From Octopus bimaculoides (lineage: Eukaryota): a stretch of 39,185 bases of DNA. Each line of letters starts with the position of its first letter. Positions within the stretch are counted from its first letter, which is position 1. Positions 11,118 to 22,472 of the stretch are shown piece by piece. The translations under genes were made by a program, and so were the position numbers. Under the pieces are notes generated by a model. That model worked only from the letters and a program-made list of their open reading frames with translations. It was not told the origin of the DNA and ran no database searches. The DNA is taken from NCBI RefSeq assembly GCF_001194135.2, contig NC_068987.1:110213565-110252749 (forward strand), in the 5' to 3' direction.

Positions 11118-11934
11118 GTTGCCATCACCAACTGCCAAACACAACCAGCAGCATCACCATCATCAACATCATCACCATCACCCTCATCATCATCATCATC
11201 ACCATCAACACCATCAGAAACTTCGCTTCCATCAACAAACGTCTCCACTTCCATCTTCATCAATATCGTCACCATCATCCCCAACGCTGTCATCAAAACT
11301 ATTATCAACATCACCAAAACACCACCACCACCACCGTCATCATCATTTTCAACAGTGTTTGTTATCATCATCATCATCATTGTAACTAAATTTGCTAATA
11401 CATTACCTTTAACACCACTGTCACACCCCACCCCCACCTCGCCAATTTATAGCAAAGTTTTACGTTTATTTAAAGAGAATGAAATATTTAAATGAGTTTG
11501 TTTATGGGAATGTGTGTGTGTGTGTATTCATGCTTATGTGTGTAATTTGTGTGGGTTTTTAAAGTTGCTTAAATTTATAATTATAGCAGAAATATGTAAA
11601 TATTTGCAAGTGTGCATGTTGTTGCAAACATCTCAATATGGTTATGCTATGTCAATGTAAACATCACTGCAAACATGTAGTGTGTGTGCATGTGTGCATG
11701 TGCATGTATGTACTTACGTTTGTGCATGGAAATGTGTAGGAACACTGTACAAAACTTTGAGAAGCATAATTCCATCTGTAGCCAAACTATCTATCAAATG
11801 CGAATGAATGAGATGAATTGTATACAAGAAGAACATCGGAATGAAGACGGATGGGAGAGGCAGAAGGTAGATGGAATTTGGGAAAGGAAAGATAAGACAT
11901 TGTTGAAGAAACAGGAAGAAGATTTTATATGATG

Positions 11935-12246
11935 CTCTGCCAGTTATGATGATGAGGGTACCAGTTGATTCAATCAACCGAACAGCCGGCTCCTGAAATT
12001 AACATGCAAGTGGCTGAGTGCCCCACAGAATTGCATATCCTTAATGCAATTCTGAGTGAGGTTCAGTGTGACACTAAATGTGATGAAGTGGGCCCTTTGA
12101 AATACAGCTCCTGTTTTGTTTTTGCCAGCTGAGGGGACAGGAGCATTGGGAAATAAAGTGTCTTGCTCAAGGAGACAATGTGCTGCTGGGAATTGAACTC
12201 ATGATGTTAGGATCTTGAGTTGAAGAGCCAAACCACTTGGTCACAC
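11935..12246 (-). mobile_element. tRNA-SINE related to family C, decayed
   Basis: Tail GATGAGGGTACCAGTTGATTCAATCAACCGAACAGCC...GAAATTAACATGCAAGTGGCTGAG matches family C; B-box-like head near 12190-12246. Confidence 0.8.
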
Positions 12247-12407
12247 GAGAAGGTAACGAAGAGGAAATACAGGAGTTCCTTGCCAGATTGCGGTTCACCT
12301 ATCATGGGTTATTACTTAAGCATACGCGGATTCCTCTGTGGTGTTGCTTTGCATTTGTAATAAAATGACTATATGCAAATTATGAAAATAATAAATAAGA
12401 ATATACA

Positions 12408-12816
12408 GCAGCTGTCTGGCTCCCGTGCAGGTGGCTCGTAAATAGCACCATTTGAGCGTAAGCGTTACCAGCGTCGCCTTCTAGCACTGGTACTGGTGGC
12501 ACGTTACAAAAATCATTCGAGCGAAGTCATTGACAGTGCTGCTGGACTGGCTCCCGTGCAGGTGGCACGTAAAAAACACCTTTTTGAGCGTGGCCGTTGC
12601 CAGTACCATGTGACTGGCCTTCTTGCCTGTGGCACATAAAAGCACCCACTACACTCTCGGAGTGGTTGGTGTTAGGAAGGGCATCCAGCTGTAGAAACTC
12701 TGCCAGATCAGATTGGAGCCTGGTGCAGCCTGCTGGCTTGCCAGTCCTCAGTCAAATCGTCCAACCCATGCCAACATGGAAAGCGGACGTTAAATGATGA
12801 TGATGATGATGATGAT
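12408..12816 (+). mobile_element. SINE family B, longest copy, with about four internal 65-bp repeat units and (GAT)n tail
   Basis: TGGCTCCCGTGCAGGTGGC at 12417 and 12548 (131-bp period), then the family B 3' segment ending GGACGTTAAAT(GAT)n. Confidence 0.9.
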
Positions 12817-13154
12817 ACAGTACATTACTGCTTCTACTTAGCGGATCTCCCCCTATCGTGGGGTGGTTTTGGAACGTGGCACCTGTGATAGTTGAGGGTT
12901 TACTGTAGTGTTGAGAAGATAGTTTGGAGGAGACAGTGTAAAGACAGTGTAGAGAGGAGAATCAGAAGGAAACAATAGAACGTAGCGTAAAAATAGTGAG
13001 GAGAGGACAGTCAAAAAGAGAGTACAGGAATCAGAGTAGAGGACACATGGTAGAGAAGACCTGGAAGAAATAATGAAGACAGTGACAAGGGGACAGTGTA
13101 GAGACAATGTAAAGGTGATGTGGTAGGAATGATGTGACGAAGACAGTTCAGAGT

Positions 13155-13440
13155 AGTGGTCCTCAACCAAATTTTTTATCTATGAACCCTTCTGATTACT
13201 ATTATACGCTTGTGGGCTTCTATAGCCATTCAATATTTAAAAGCTATTTTACAGGTACTTTTTCCAAAATTGCTGTTTTGTTTTCCACTCATTCTCTTGT
13301 GTAGGTTTGCAAGCTCGGATTGAGAGAACATGTTTCAGTGGATGGAAACGTGTTTAGCTATGTATAACAGTAGAGGAAGAAAGCAAGCTGTGTCATGCAA
13401 TGAATACATTTAAAAGCAAAAATTATTCATGGACCCTTAA
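13155..13440 (+). mobile_element. Possible hAT-type MITE remnant
   Basis: TAGTGGTCCTCAACC resembles the CAGTGGTTCTCAACC hAT terminus, and ATGGACCC recurs near the other end. Confidence 0.3.
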
Positions 13441-13453
13441 AATAATATATATA

Positions 13454-13618
13454 GGCGTAGGAGTGGCTGTGTGGTAAGTAGCTTGCTTACCAACCACATG
13501 TTTCCGGGTTCAGTCCCACTGCGTGGCACCTTGGCCAAATGTCTTCTACTATAGCCTCAGGCTGATCAAAGCCTTGTGAGTGGATTTGGTAGACGGAAAC
13601 TGAAAGTAGCCTCTCGTA

Positions 13619-13651
<33 letters not shown>

Positions 13652-13872
13652 GTTTGTGTGTCTTTGTGTCTGTGTTTGTCCCCCCAACATCGCTTGACAA
13701 CCGATGCTGGTCTGGTTACGTCCCCGTAACTTAGCGGTTCAGCAAAAGGGACCGATAGAATAAGTACTAGACTTACAAAGAATAAGTCCTGGGGTCGATT
13801 TGCTCGACTAAAGGCGGTGCTCCAGCATGGCCGCAGTCAAATGACTGAAACAAGTAGAAGAGTAAAAGAATA
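13454..13872 (+). mobile_element. tRNA-derived SINE family A, full-length, young-looking
   Basis: Pol III A-box TGGCTGTGTGG (13464-13474), B-box GGTTCAGTCCC (13507-13517), central (TA)n, CpG-rich body, A-rich tail; four other copies in the window. Resembles the Octopus tRNA-SINEs (OK/OR group) from memory; exact family not assigned. Confidence 0.93.
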
Positions 13873-14623
13873 TAGTGCAAAGGAGACATGGAAGGAATGC
13901 TGTTGAGAAGGCATGGGGAGACAACTTTGTTATGACAGTTTGAAGGCTATGGGTGGACAAGAGAGAACATGGCAGAAGTAAGAGAGAGAAAGAGATATAG
14001 ATAGATTGATAGTGAGAGAGAGAGAGAGAAAGGGAGAGAGAGAAGGGGAGAGAGAGGACAAAAGAAAGAAGGTGGAGGAAGAAAATAGATGCAAAACAAA
14101 AAGAAAAGGATAAAATTTAGTAAGGGAAAAAAGTTTGGAAAAAAGTATAGTGAGGGGCTGTGAATAGTAGTAGTAGTAGTAACAGGAGTAGGAGTAGTAT
14201 TAGCAGCAGCAGCAGCAGTAGTTGTAGTTGTAGTAGCAGTAAGAGGAAGAGGAGAGATAGAGAGGAAGTTGAGAAATAAAGAGTCTGCGAGGAGAAGAGT
14301 GTTAGGGACAAAGAATATAGTTTATGTGGAGAGTATAATGTAGAAAATAGTACGTATAGGGTGCTGACAATATATAAAACTAGACTACCGCATAGAAAGA
14401 ATATCCAGGCGTTCTATTGAATTTCTCAGAGAACAAGGTATGAAGTAAAAATCATCTTTTCACATTTCCTTAGTATTCTGTAGGTTTCCGAATTAGAATT
14501 ATTTTGGCAATGTGTGAAATGACCAAAAAGTTCTTAACTAATTGGTAAGATGCCAAATGCAATTTTGAACTACTGCTGCTGCTGCTGCTGCTGCTACCAC
14601 TACCACCATCACCACCACCACCC

Positions 14624-14775
14624 CTATCATCGTTTAAATGTTCACTTTTTCCATGCTTTGTATAGGTCAGGCAGAATTTGCTGAGGTGGATTTTCTACGG
14701 CTGGATGCCCTTCCTGTCAACAACCTTCAGCTGTTTCCGAGTAGTAAAGGAATATTTTCCCATGACCTGACATGA
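14624..14775 (-). mobile_element. Family-B-related SINE 3' fragment, decayed
   Basis: CATCGTTTAAATGTTCACTTTTTCCATGCT...GGCTGGATGCCCTTCCTGTC. Confidence 0.7.
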
Positions 14776-14834
14776 TTCCACAGAAGATTTGGAAATGCAG
14801 GGCACCACTTGTATAAGGGTGACCCTCATTTGGT

Positions 14835-15150
14835 ATCTTGGGTAAGTGTCTTCTGCTATAGCCTCAGGCCGACCAAAGCCGTGTCAGTGGATTTGGTAGA
14901 TGGAAACTGAAAGAAGCCCATTGTATATATATATATATATATGTTTGTGTCTGTGTTTGTCACCCCACATCGCTTGATAACCGATGTTGGTGTGTTTAGG
15001 TCCCCATAACTTAGTGGTTTGGAAAAAGAGGCCAATAGAATATGTACCAGGCTTACAAAGAATAAGTCCTGGGGTCGATTTGTTCGATTAAAGATGGTGC
15101 TCCAGCATGGCCGCAGTCAAATGACTGAAACCATTAAAATAAAAGAAATA
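14835..15150 (+). mobile_element. SINE family A, 5'-truncated
   Basis: Aligns with 13530-13870 (GTCTTCTGCTATAGCCTCAGGC...CAGTCAAATGACTGAAAC); tRNA head missing. Confidence 0.88.
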
Positions 15151-15180
15151 AAATACATACACACACACAAACACACGCAT

Positions 15181-15419
15181 ATTTCAAGCTTTCTTGCCAA
15201 TGGAGAAAGAACCGGCCTCCAACCTAGATGGAAGGCTCCCTCATTGGAATTTCAACATCAACAACAGGGTATGTGTGTATGTATGTATGTATGTATGTAT
15301 GTCATTATTCAGTTTCATTTCAAGATTTCTTGCCAACAGAGAAAGAACCGGTTTCTAACCTAAATCCAAGGCTCCTTCATTGGAATTTCAACGTCAACAA
15401 CAGGGTATGTGTGTATGTA
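15181..15419 (+). repeat. Tandem pair of an approximately 136-bp unit
   Basis: ATTTCAAG.TTTCTTGCCAA...GAAAGAACCGG...CATTGGAATTTCAAC.TCAACAACAGGGTATGTGTGTATG starts at 15181 and 15317. Confidence 0.9.
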
Positions 15420-15519
15420 CGTCTATGTGCAGATTTGCATGTTTTGTTTTATATATGTCTTCTCATGTATATACTTGCATATCTAGACATGTATGTATGT
15501 ATGTATCTATTTAACCAGC

Positions 15520-15662
15520 GATCTACCTACCTACCTATCCATCTATCAATCTACCTACCTATCTATCTATTTATCTATTTACTTACCTATCTATCTATCT
15601 ATCTCTCTATCTCTCTATCTACCTCTCTACCTACCTATCTAACTATCTATCTATCTACATAG
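15520..15662. repeat. (TATC)n/(TACC)n tetranucleotide array
   Basis: Directly visible. Confidence 0.9.
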
Positions 15663-16501
15663 ATACACGTACATACTTACATATATTTATATACTTTCAC
15701 ACATACACATACATGAGAAAAGCATAGAGAAACAGCAACAACAACAACAACAACAACAGCATTACAAAACCACTGCACTGTGATTCGATGTGTTGCAACG
15801 AAGACAACATTTAAAGTAACAACATTAGGATAGGAAAAAAAAAACCCAGATTTACATCCCATACCACCGGCACTGGTGCCATCACCAGCACCGCTGATGC
15901 CACTGGCACCATCATTGGGTGATGCAGTGAAATGCGTATTAAAAACACAGCGAGTAAACACATTAGTAGTGTGTTAATAACGAAGTTGTGGATGTGCCCC
16001 AGGGTGAATTGTGAAGGTTCTTTTTCGTTTTTTTTTTTTGTATATAGGCTTCAGGCTAAATAGTTTAGCAGTTTGAACTGTCGCTGTAAAGGCGAAAGCA
16101 AGGCATGTGTTTTTGCATATTTTCACAGGTCTCTACTGAGTTTTATAATGGAGGGACAGCAGGAATGAGTGAGTGGGAGTGAGGGAGTGGGAGGGAGAGA
16201 GTGAGTGGGAGAGAGAGATATAAGCTGAGAAGTATATAGGGAGAATGAGAAAGAGAGAACAAAAACAGGGAAAGGAGAGAGAGAGAGAACCAGTGTGTGA
16301 AAGAGAAAAAGAAACAGAGAGAATGTGTGAGAGAGAAAGAAAGAAACAGTTTGTGTGTGTGAGAGAGAGAGATAGTGTGGGTGAGGAGAGAGAGAGAGAA
16401 AAGGGAGAGAGAGATAGACAGAGATACAGAGAACACAAGTGTGTAAGAGAGTCTATAATCAGAGAATTCCAAAAGTAACATCTTTGACTAAAAGACAAAT
16501 C

Positions 16502-16562
<61 letters not shown>

Positions 16563-16594
16563 GTGTTAGACAGACAGATATATANNNNNNNNNN

Positions 16595-16641
<47 letters not shown>

Positions 16642-16975
16642 TATCAAAGAAAGGAAAGAGAAAGAGAGATTGCAGGAAAGATAGAGAAAGAAAGAGAGGG
16701 AGGAGAGAGAAATTGCATAAATATACAGGGAGGAGAATTATCCTTGTAATATTTTCCTTGAGTGAAAGACTTGAGTCTGGAATCAAACAGACATAACTAA
16801 TTACTATGGTCGTTATACCTTGCGTCGTCAATATATGAATGTGTTTATGTGCAAGCTTGTGTGTGACTATATCAATACATTGGTATGTGTGTATGTGTGT
16901 GGATATGTATGTGTACTTCTAAGAGTGTTTGAAGTAGTGAGTACGTGAATTCGTGTGTATGTATGTATGTATGTG

Positions 16976-17014
<39 letters not shown>

Positions 17015-17683
17015 TGTACAGCATATACATTAATACATGTGCGTGCGCATATGCATGCACACACACATGTACTAAGGTTCTTTGTCTATGCCTGTGTTAT
17101 GCTTGTGTGTATATCTATATACAGGTGTGTGTTGTGTGTGTATGCATATAGACAGGTGTGTGTTGTGTGCATATACGTATATATATAGGTATATGCTTGT
17201 GTGTGTGTGTGTCTTTATTAATACAGTCTTGCGTGAAAGTGAAAGTGAAAGTACATTTATTGCATAATGATATGTAAGCATTGTTTTAATGCGAACAAAT
17301 GCGAACTTGTGTGCGCATATGTATATGTGTGCATTTGTGTCGGAGGAGGGGGAGGAGGAGGAGTGTGCAGAACAACGAAACTGTTTATAATCAGCAAATC
17401 GCCAAAAGAAATCCAGAAACAAAAACCAAAACCGTTAAACATCACAAAATAAATAAACAAAAAGTTATTTGCGAACAAAATTGCAAATTGACTTATTAAA
17501 AAAAACGAGCAGCCAACAACAACAACAACAAGAACAACCATCAGTGTCCTGTAAGGAGCCAGTGGGGAACCTACAAGTGGTCGTTCACTCGGCTAGAAAT
17601 AGCAGCCAGATCTATGCTAAATTGAGTTTCAAGAACAACGACGCTTTGGATAATGTGGTCCTAGGGTTCATGAATAAGAAACA

Positions 17684-17752
17684 GGATGGATGGTCACAGA
17701 GGAAAAGCCTTTGATCATAGGTCTGCTTGATTAATCTTGACCCGGGGTTAAA
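17684..17752 (+). mobile_element. Repeat family G fragment
   Basis: GGATGGTCACAG...CTTTGATCATAGGTCTGCT...GACCCGGGGTTAAA matches 23286-23370. Confidence 0.65.
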
Positions 17753-17799
17753 TAGCATCGACCACATCTACTATCAATGATACCATCTCCACCCTTGCT

Positions 17800-17851
17800 A
17801 ATGCAACTATCATTGTCACCTCTACCAGCAAAACTACAACACCAGCTACTG

Positions 17852-17882
<31 letters not shown>

Positions 17883-18077
17883 CGCTACAAACACCACCAG
17901 TACCATTACTTCTACCACCATCCCACCCACTACTGCTGCTGCTACAACTACTACTACTGCTGCTGATACTACTACTACCGCTACTACTACCGCTACTACT
18001 ACTACTACTACTACTACCGCTGCTGCTACTACTACTACTACTACTACCATTACTACTACTACTACTACTACTACCAT

Positions 18078-18110
<33 letters not shown>

Positions 18111-18133
18111 CGCTGCTGATACTACTACTACCG

Positions 18134-18167
<34 letters not shown>

Positions 18168-18333
18168 CACTACCGCTGCTGCTGCTACTACTACTACTAC
18201 TACCATTACTACTACTACTACTACTACTACTACCGCTACTACTACTACTACTACTACCGCTGCTACTACTACTACTACTACTACTACTACCGCTGCTGCT
18301 ACTACTACTATTACTACTACTACTACTACCACC
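17800..18333. repeat. Long (CTA)n array interrupted by CCG/CTG/CCA triplets
   Basis: Over 500 bp of trinucleotide repeat running into an N gap. Confidence 0.95.
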
Positions 18334-19299
18334 NNNNNNNNNNNNNNNNNNNNNNNNNNNNNNNNNNNNNNNNNNNNNNNNNNNNNNNNNNNNNNNNNNN
18401 NNNNNNNNNNNNNNNNNNNNNNNNNNNNNNNNNNNNNNNNNNNNNNNNNNNNNNNNNNNNNNNNNNNNNNNNNNNNNNNNNNNNNNNNNNNNNNNNNNNN
18501 NNNNNNNNNNNNNNNNNNNNNNNNNNNNNNNNNNNNNNNNNNNNNNNNNNNNNNNNNNNNNNNNNNNNNNNNNNNNNNNNNNNNNNNNNNNNNNNNNNNN
18601 NNNATATATATAAGAGAAAAGGGGATAGAGAGAGAGAAAGAGTGAGGTGGAGAGAGAGAGAGAGAGAGAGAGAGAAGGGATGTAAGAGGAGAAATTGGTC
18701 AGACAGAGTGAGAAATGTAAAAGGAGAAACAAGCAGAAAAAAGGAAAGGTACAAAGTGAGTGAGTTAGACAGAAAATGGAAAGAGGAGGGGGGAAACTGA
18801 ATAGAGAGATAGAGAGATAGAGGGGGAAATGATAGAGAAAGAAAGATAGAAAGAGAGAGAGAGAATGTGTGTGTGTGTGTGTGTGACAGCAGCTGAAGTC
18901 TTCTGGGAAATTATTTTGTTCTAAAAGTCAGATGTGTTTCTTTTTCCATTTTTTTTTTGTTTTGTTTAAATTAATATTATGTTGTTTTGTTCAGTTAACG
19001 TTAGTCCTCCCCCCGCCCTTTCCCTCCCCCCATCCACCTTCTACAACAATGACAATTTATTATACAAATACAGCAAAAACTATACAATTACCAGAGTTGA
19101 ATTCTTGAATTCAACACAGTCTGTTTCTTCTTTTTTTTGGTTTGACTCAGTTTTGTCTTCACCAGAAATCAAGATGTTAACTGTGATGGTGGCAACAGTA
19201 ATTAATTAATTAAATAATTAATTAATGGTGATGAGTATAATTAATAATAATTGTTTCTAAATTTAGAGTACTTGGACAACGGTTTTGATTGCTATAGTC

Positions 19300-19410
19300 G
19301 ATATCACCAATCCCGGTACTTTTATAGGTACTTTTTTTTTATCGACTCTGGAAAGATGAAAGGCGGGCTAAGTCAACCCTTGTAAGATGTGAATACTAAA
19401 TGTGAAGAGA
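19300..19410 (-). mobile_element. SINE family E central-domain fragment
   Basis: Reverse complement matches GACTTTGCCTTTCATCCTTT..GGGTCGATAAA..AAGTACC of 24490-24535. Confidence 0.6.
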
Positions 19411-19471
19411 AGAAACGAACTTTGCAGGGGATTTTTTCTCTGATGCTCAAACAATCACGAGTGCTCTCAGA

Positions 19472-19849
19472 ATTGTTGGTTGGTTGGCACTCCGTCGGTT
19501 ACGACGATGAGGGTTCCAGTTGATCCGATCAACGGAACAGCCTGCTCGTGAAATTAACGTGCAAGTGGCTGAGCACTCCACAGACACGTGTACTCTTCAC
19601 ATAGTTCTCGGGGATATTCAGCGTGACACAGTGTGACAAGGCTGGCCCTTTGAATTACAGGCACAACAGAAACAGGAAGAAAGAGTGAGAGAAAGTTGTG
19701 GTGGAAGAGTACAGCAGGGTTCGCCACCATCCCCTGCCGGAGCCTCGTGGAGCTTTAGGTGTTTTCGCTCAATAAACACTCACAATGACCGGTCTGGGAA
19801 TCGAAACTGCGAGTCCGCTGCCCTAACCACTGGGCCATTGTGCCTCCAC
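19472..19849 (-). mobile_element. tRNA-derived SINE family C with 10-bp TSD
   Basis: A-box TGGCCCAGTGG and B-box GTTTCGATTCCC on the minus strand; TSD TGCTCTCAGA at 19462-19471 and 19850-19859; homologous to 29974-30286. Confidence 0.92.
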
Positions 19850-20215
19850 TGCTCTCAGAGTAGCCCAAAGGAAAATGGAACTAATCATGCTCAGCATCAG
19901 ATTGCAAGACAAGAAAACCAACGCCTGGAGTCAAAAGTACATGAGAGTCAATTACACAGTAAGAACCATCAAAGAGAACAAATATAAATGGACTGGCCGT
20001 ATTGTGCGACTGAAGGGCAACAGATGGATGTGTAGGGTGACGGAATGGATACCAAGACAATGGACAAAATGAAGAGGCTGATCTAAGACAAGATGGCAAA
20101 ATGATCTCACCCACTACCTTGGGCCTATAAGACCACGACTGACCAGAGACAGACAGTGGTGAAAGGAGTCCAGTCAGGGACTCCTTCTTCTCATTCTGGA
20201 GTGATGAAGCCCTGG
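19850..20215 (+). mobile_element. RTE-clade LINE reverse transcriptase C-terminal fragment, pseudogenised
   Basis: One frame reads LRVAQRKMELIMLSIRLQDKKTNAW...KYKWTGRIVRLKGNRWMCRVTEWIPRQWTK*RG*SKTRWQNDL...RDRQW*. This fits the RTE C-terminal pattern LRVxQRxMER..LGI...KWxWAGH..R..DNRW...EWxPR..KRxRGRPxxRWxDD. Confidence 0.88.
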
Positions 20216-20344
20216 ATATTGGATGTTGGCTCTAACGACTCTGCCAATCAAATGCCTTTAAAATAGTTGCTTTAAATCTAAGCAGAAGACCAGAGACCTT
20301 TAGAAGAGGAGGGGGTTAGCTAACAGCCATCAGCTTCAATAAAT

Positions 20345-20445
20345 AATTGGTACTTCATTTTGTAGACTTCGGAAGGATGAAAGACAAAAGTGACCTCAAC
20401 GAGATTTGAACTTAGAATGTAAAGAACCAGAACAAATATTGCAAG
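20345..20445 (-). mobile_element. SINE family E fragment, decayed
   Basis: GGTACTTCATTTTGTAGACTTCGGAAGGATGAAAGACAAAAGTGACCTC...GATTTGAACTTAGAATGTAAAGA is the reverse of the family E head and domain. Confidence 0.6.
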
Positions 20446-20809
20446 TCTAGTTTGCATATGCACTCACACACATATAGTATCAATAAAACATATATGGTAT
20501 TTTATGCTCTATAAAACAGATACATGTTTCGGCAAATCACTGCTAGGATTACGTAACTGCTTGTTAAAACATTATACAATTTTGTTATATTTATGAGCGT
20601 ATGTGTTGATTTATGCAACAGAAAAATAGGAATTATGTTATTGAAGATGATTTCAGGGACAGAAAACATATGTAGAAAGTAATTAATTTTACATCATAAC
20701 AAAAACACAGGATGGTTCAGAATTTCAGACAGTGGTTATGCAAGAAGGGAGGAAAAAAAGGAAAAAATGAGTAAATAATATTGTGTGGAACTTTTGTCCT
20801 ATGGTATTC

Positions 20810-20983
20810 AGGTTACCCTATCAAATGTAAGAACTGTTCATCCATATTGTTTTGAATTAATCAGGCATTATCTCAGAGCTTTGATATTTCAGTGATGTAA
20901 TTTATTTTTAGAATGGCATTGTAGAGGAGATTTGAGAGGCTTGATCTGGTTATAAAATATTTGGACTGGGTATTATAGCTGGT
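20810..20983 (+). mobile_element. piggyBac-like MITE, partial copy abutting the complete copy
   Basis: TCAAATGTAA...TTTTGAATTAATC...GAATGGCATTGTAG...GATCTGG aligns with the MITE body. Confidence 0.7.
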
Positions 20984-20987
20984 TTAA

Positions 20988-21182
20988 CCCTTTAGCAATG
21001 CGATTATTCTGTCAAACATAATGCTTATTAACCCACCTTGTGTTGAATTTATCCTGTATTATCTTGTAGCCTTGGGATTGTTTGTTTTTGGATTGACACT
21101 GTAGGGTAAGTAGGAGAAGCTGGATCTGGCCAATTTGACCATAAAACATATAGAATACATGGCTGGCTTAAATGCTGAAGGG
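20988..21182 (+). mobile_element. Complete TTAA-flanked piggyBac-like MITE (195 bp)
   Basis: TTAA at 20984-20987 and 21183-21186; TIRs CCCTTTAGCA and TGCTGAAGGG (one mismatch). TTAA sites with CCC termini are the piggyBac signature. Confidence 0.82.
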
Positions 21183-21859
21183 TTAAATACCAGCAAGTGA
21201 AACTTGCAATTTATAAGATGTTGTGACGTTTATGCCTTTCCCAAACACATCAACAAGATTAAAAGAAAAGGAAAAAAAAAAAACAGGTGGTAGAATATTA
21301 GAAGCAATAATGAAAAATAGATGAAAGTTGCCTTCTTTTTTCTTCATCACATTATCCATTTGAAAGACAGATCACCTCCATTTTTCTTTTTTTTGATATC
21401 ACTTGGGTAGAAGAAATAAAAGCAGAAAGACATCCCAAGTGAAATGACAGCACTCAATTGTGATTGGTTAAGAACTTAAAGTGATTAGCAGCAGTTTGTA
21501 GGAGTTGAACAACAGCTGGTGTAATGTTCTGAAAAATTAGTTACTGACAAGAAGTGTTCTTGTCACTTGGAAACATCTTTAAAAGTACAAGATGTTGTGT
21601 GAGAGAATGTGAAGAGTGTGGGCAAAGAAAAAAAAAAATATGACCTCGTTCGAGAGACAAAGAATTTCTATCATTTGAGAACTGATCTTAGCAAAAGACA
21701 GAGGCCTAAGATTAGAAGAAAAAAGAGGAGAAAAAAACCTAGTTACGAATTATGAAATGCAAAAGATTTATATTAGAAACAAAACAATACATTACTTTAT
21801 TAGAAGCGAAGACCACAAAATCTCATGAGATTAAAGACGTCTTGATAAAGAGGATAAAA

Positions 21860-21990
21860 ACTGACAATTTGTGAGGGATAAAGAACCACCATTTTGCAAA
21901 GGATAACACCTGTGGTTTGTAAAAGGGTGAAATACCTGTATTTCTACAAGAGACAAATGCCTATATTTTACAAAAGAGAATACCTGTCTC
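21860..21990. repeat. Degenerate 22-25 bp minisatellite
   Basis: About five units like AAGGGATAAATACCTGTATTTTAC. Confidence 0.55.
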
Positions 21991-22004
21991 TCCGTCATAG
22001 TTTA

Positions 22005-22245
22005 GTGGAAGCACGTGGTTTAGTGGTTAGGGTGTTGGACTAACGATTGTAAGATTGTGGTTTCAATTCCTAGGCCAGGCAATGCATTGTGTCTTGAGCG
22101 AAACAGTTCGTTTCATGTTGTTTTAGTCCACTTGGCTGGCAAAAATAAGTATGGGCCAGTGTCACCATCCAGGTGCAGAATATATATATGCCACTGAAAC
22201 CAGGAAACTGGACCTTATGAGTCAACATGACCCCAGAAGGAAACC
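22005..22245 (+). mobile_element. tRNA-derived SINE (family D), decayed
   Basis: Head GTGGAAGCACGTGGTTTAGTGGTTAGGG (A-box) and GGTTTCAATTCC (B-box), similar to the head at 34108. Confidence 0.7.
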
Positions 22246-22384
22246 TTTATGCTAGTTCAACCCTCCATCATTAGGCACACCTCCATCAATACCACTCCCG
22301 CTCTCAGATGATCTTTGTCCTGCAGACACATAAAAATCACCCAGTCTACTCAGTGGTTGGCATTAGGAAAGGCCTCCAGCTGTG

Positions 22385-22385
<1 letters not shown>

Positions 22386-22470
<85 letters not shown>
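22386..22470. repeat. Pure (GA)n microsatellite
   Basis: Directly visible. Confidence 0.98.

Positions 22471-22472
<2 letters not shown>

Noticed and set aside
13454-13530. tRNA-like heads here and at 950-1017, 19790-19849, 22005-22075, 30210-30286, 34108-34170
   Set aside because: They are SINE heads attached to repeat bodies, lacking a complete cloverleaf; not called as tRNA genes.
17731-18732. Long Ser-, Val-, Leu- or Thr-rich mucin-like ORFs
   Set aside because: Open in several frames on both strands because of a (CTA)n array plus a gap; no splice or start context.
20511-20570. Minus-strand TTTGCC-GAAAC-ATGT resembling the 3' half of a third hammerhead
   Set aside because: No CUGANGA core upstream at the required spacing.
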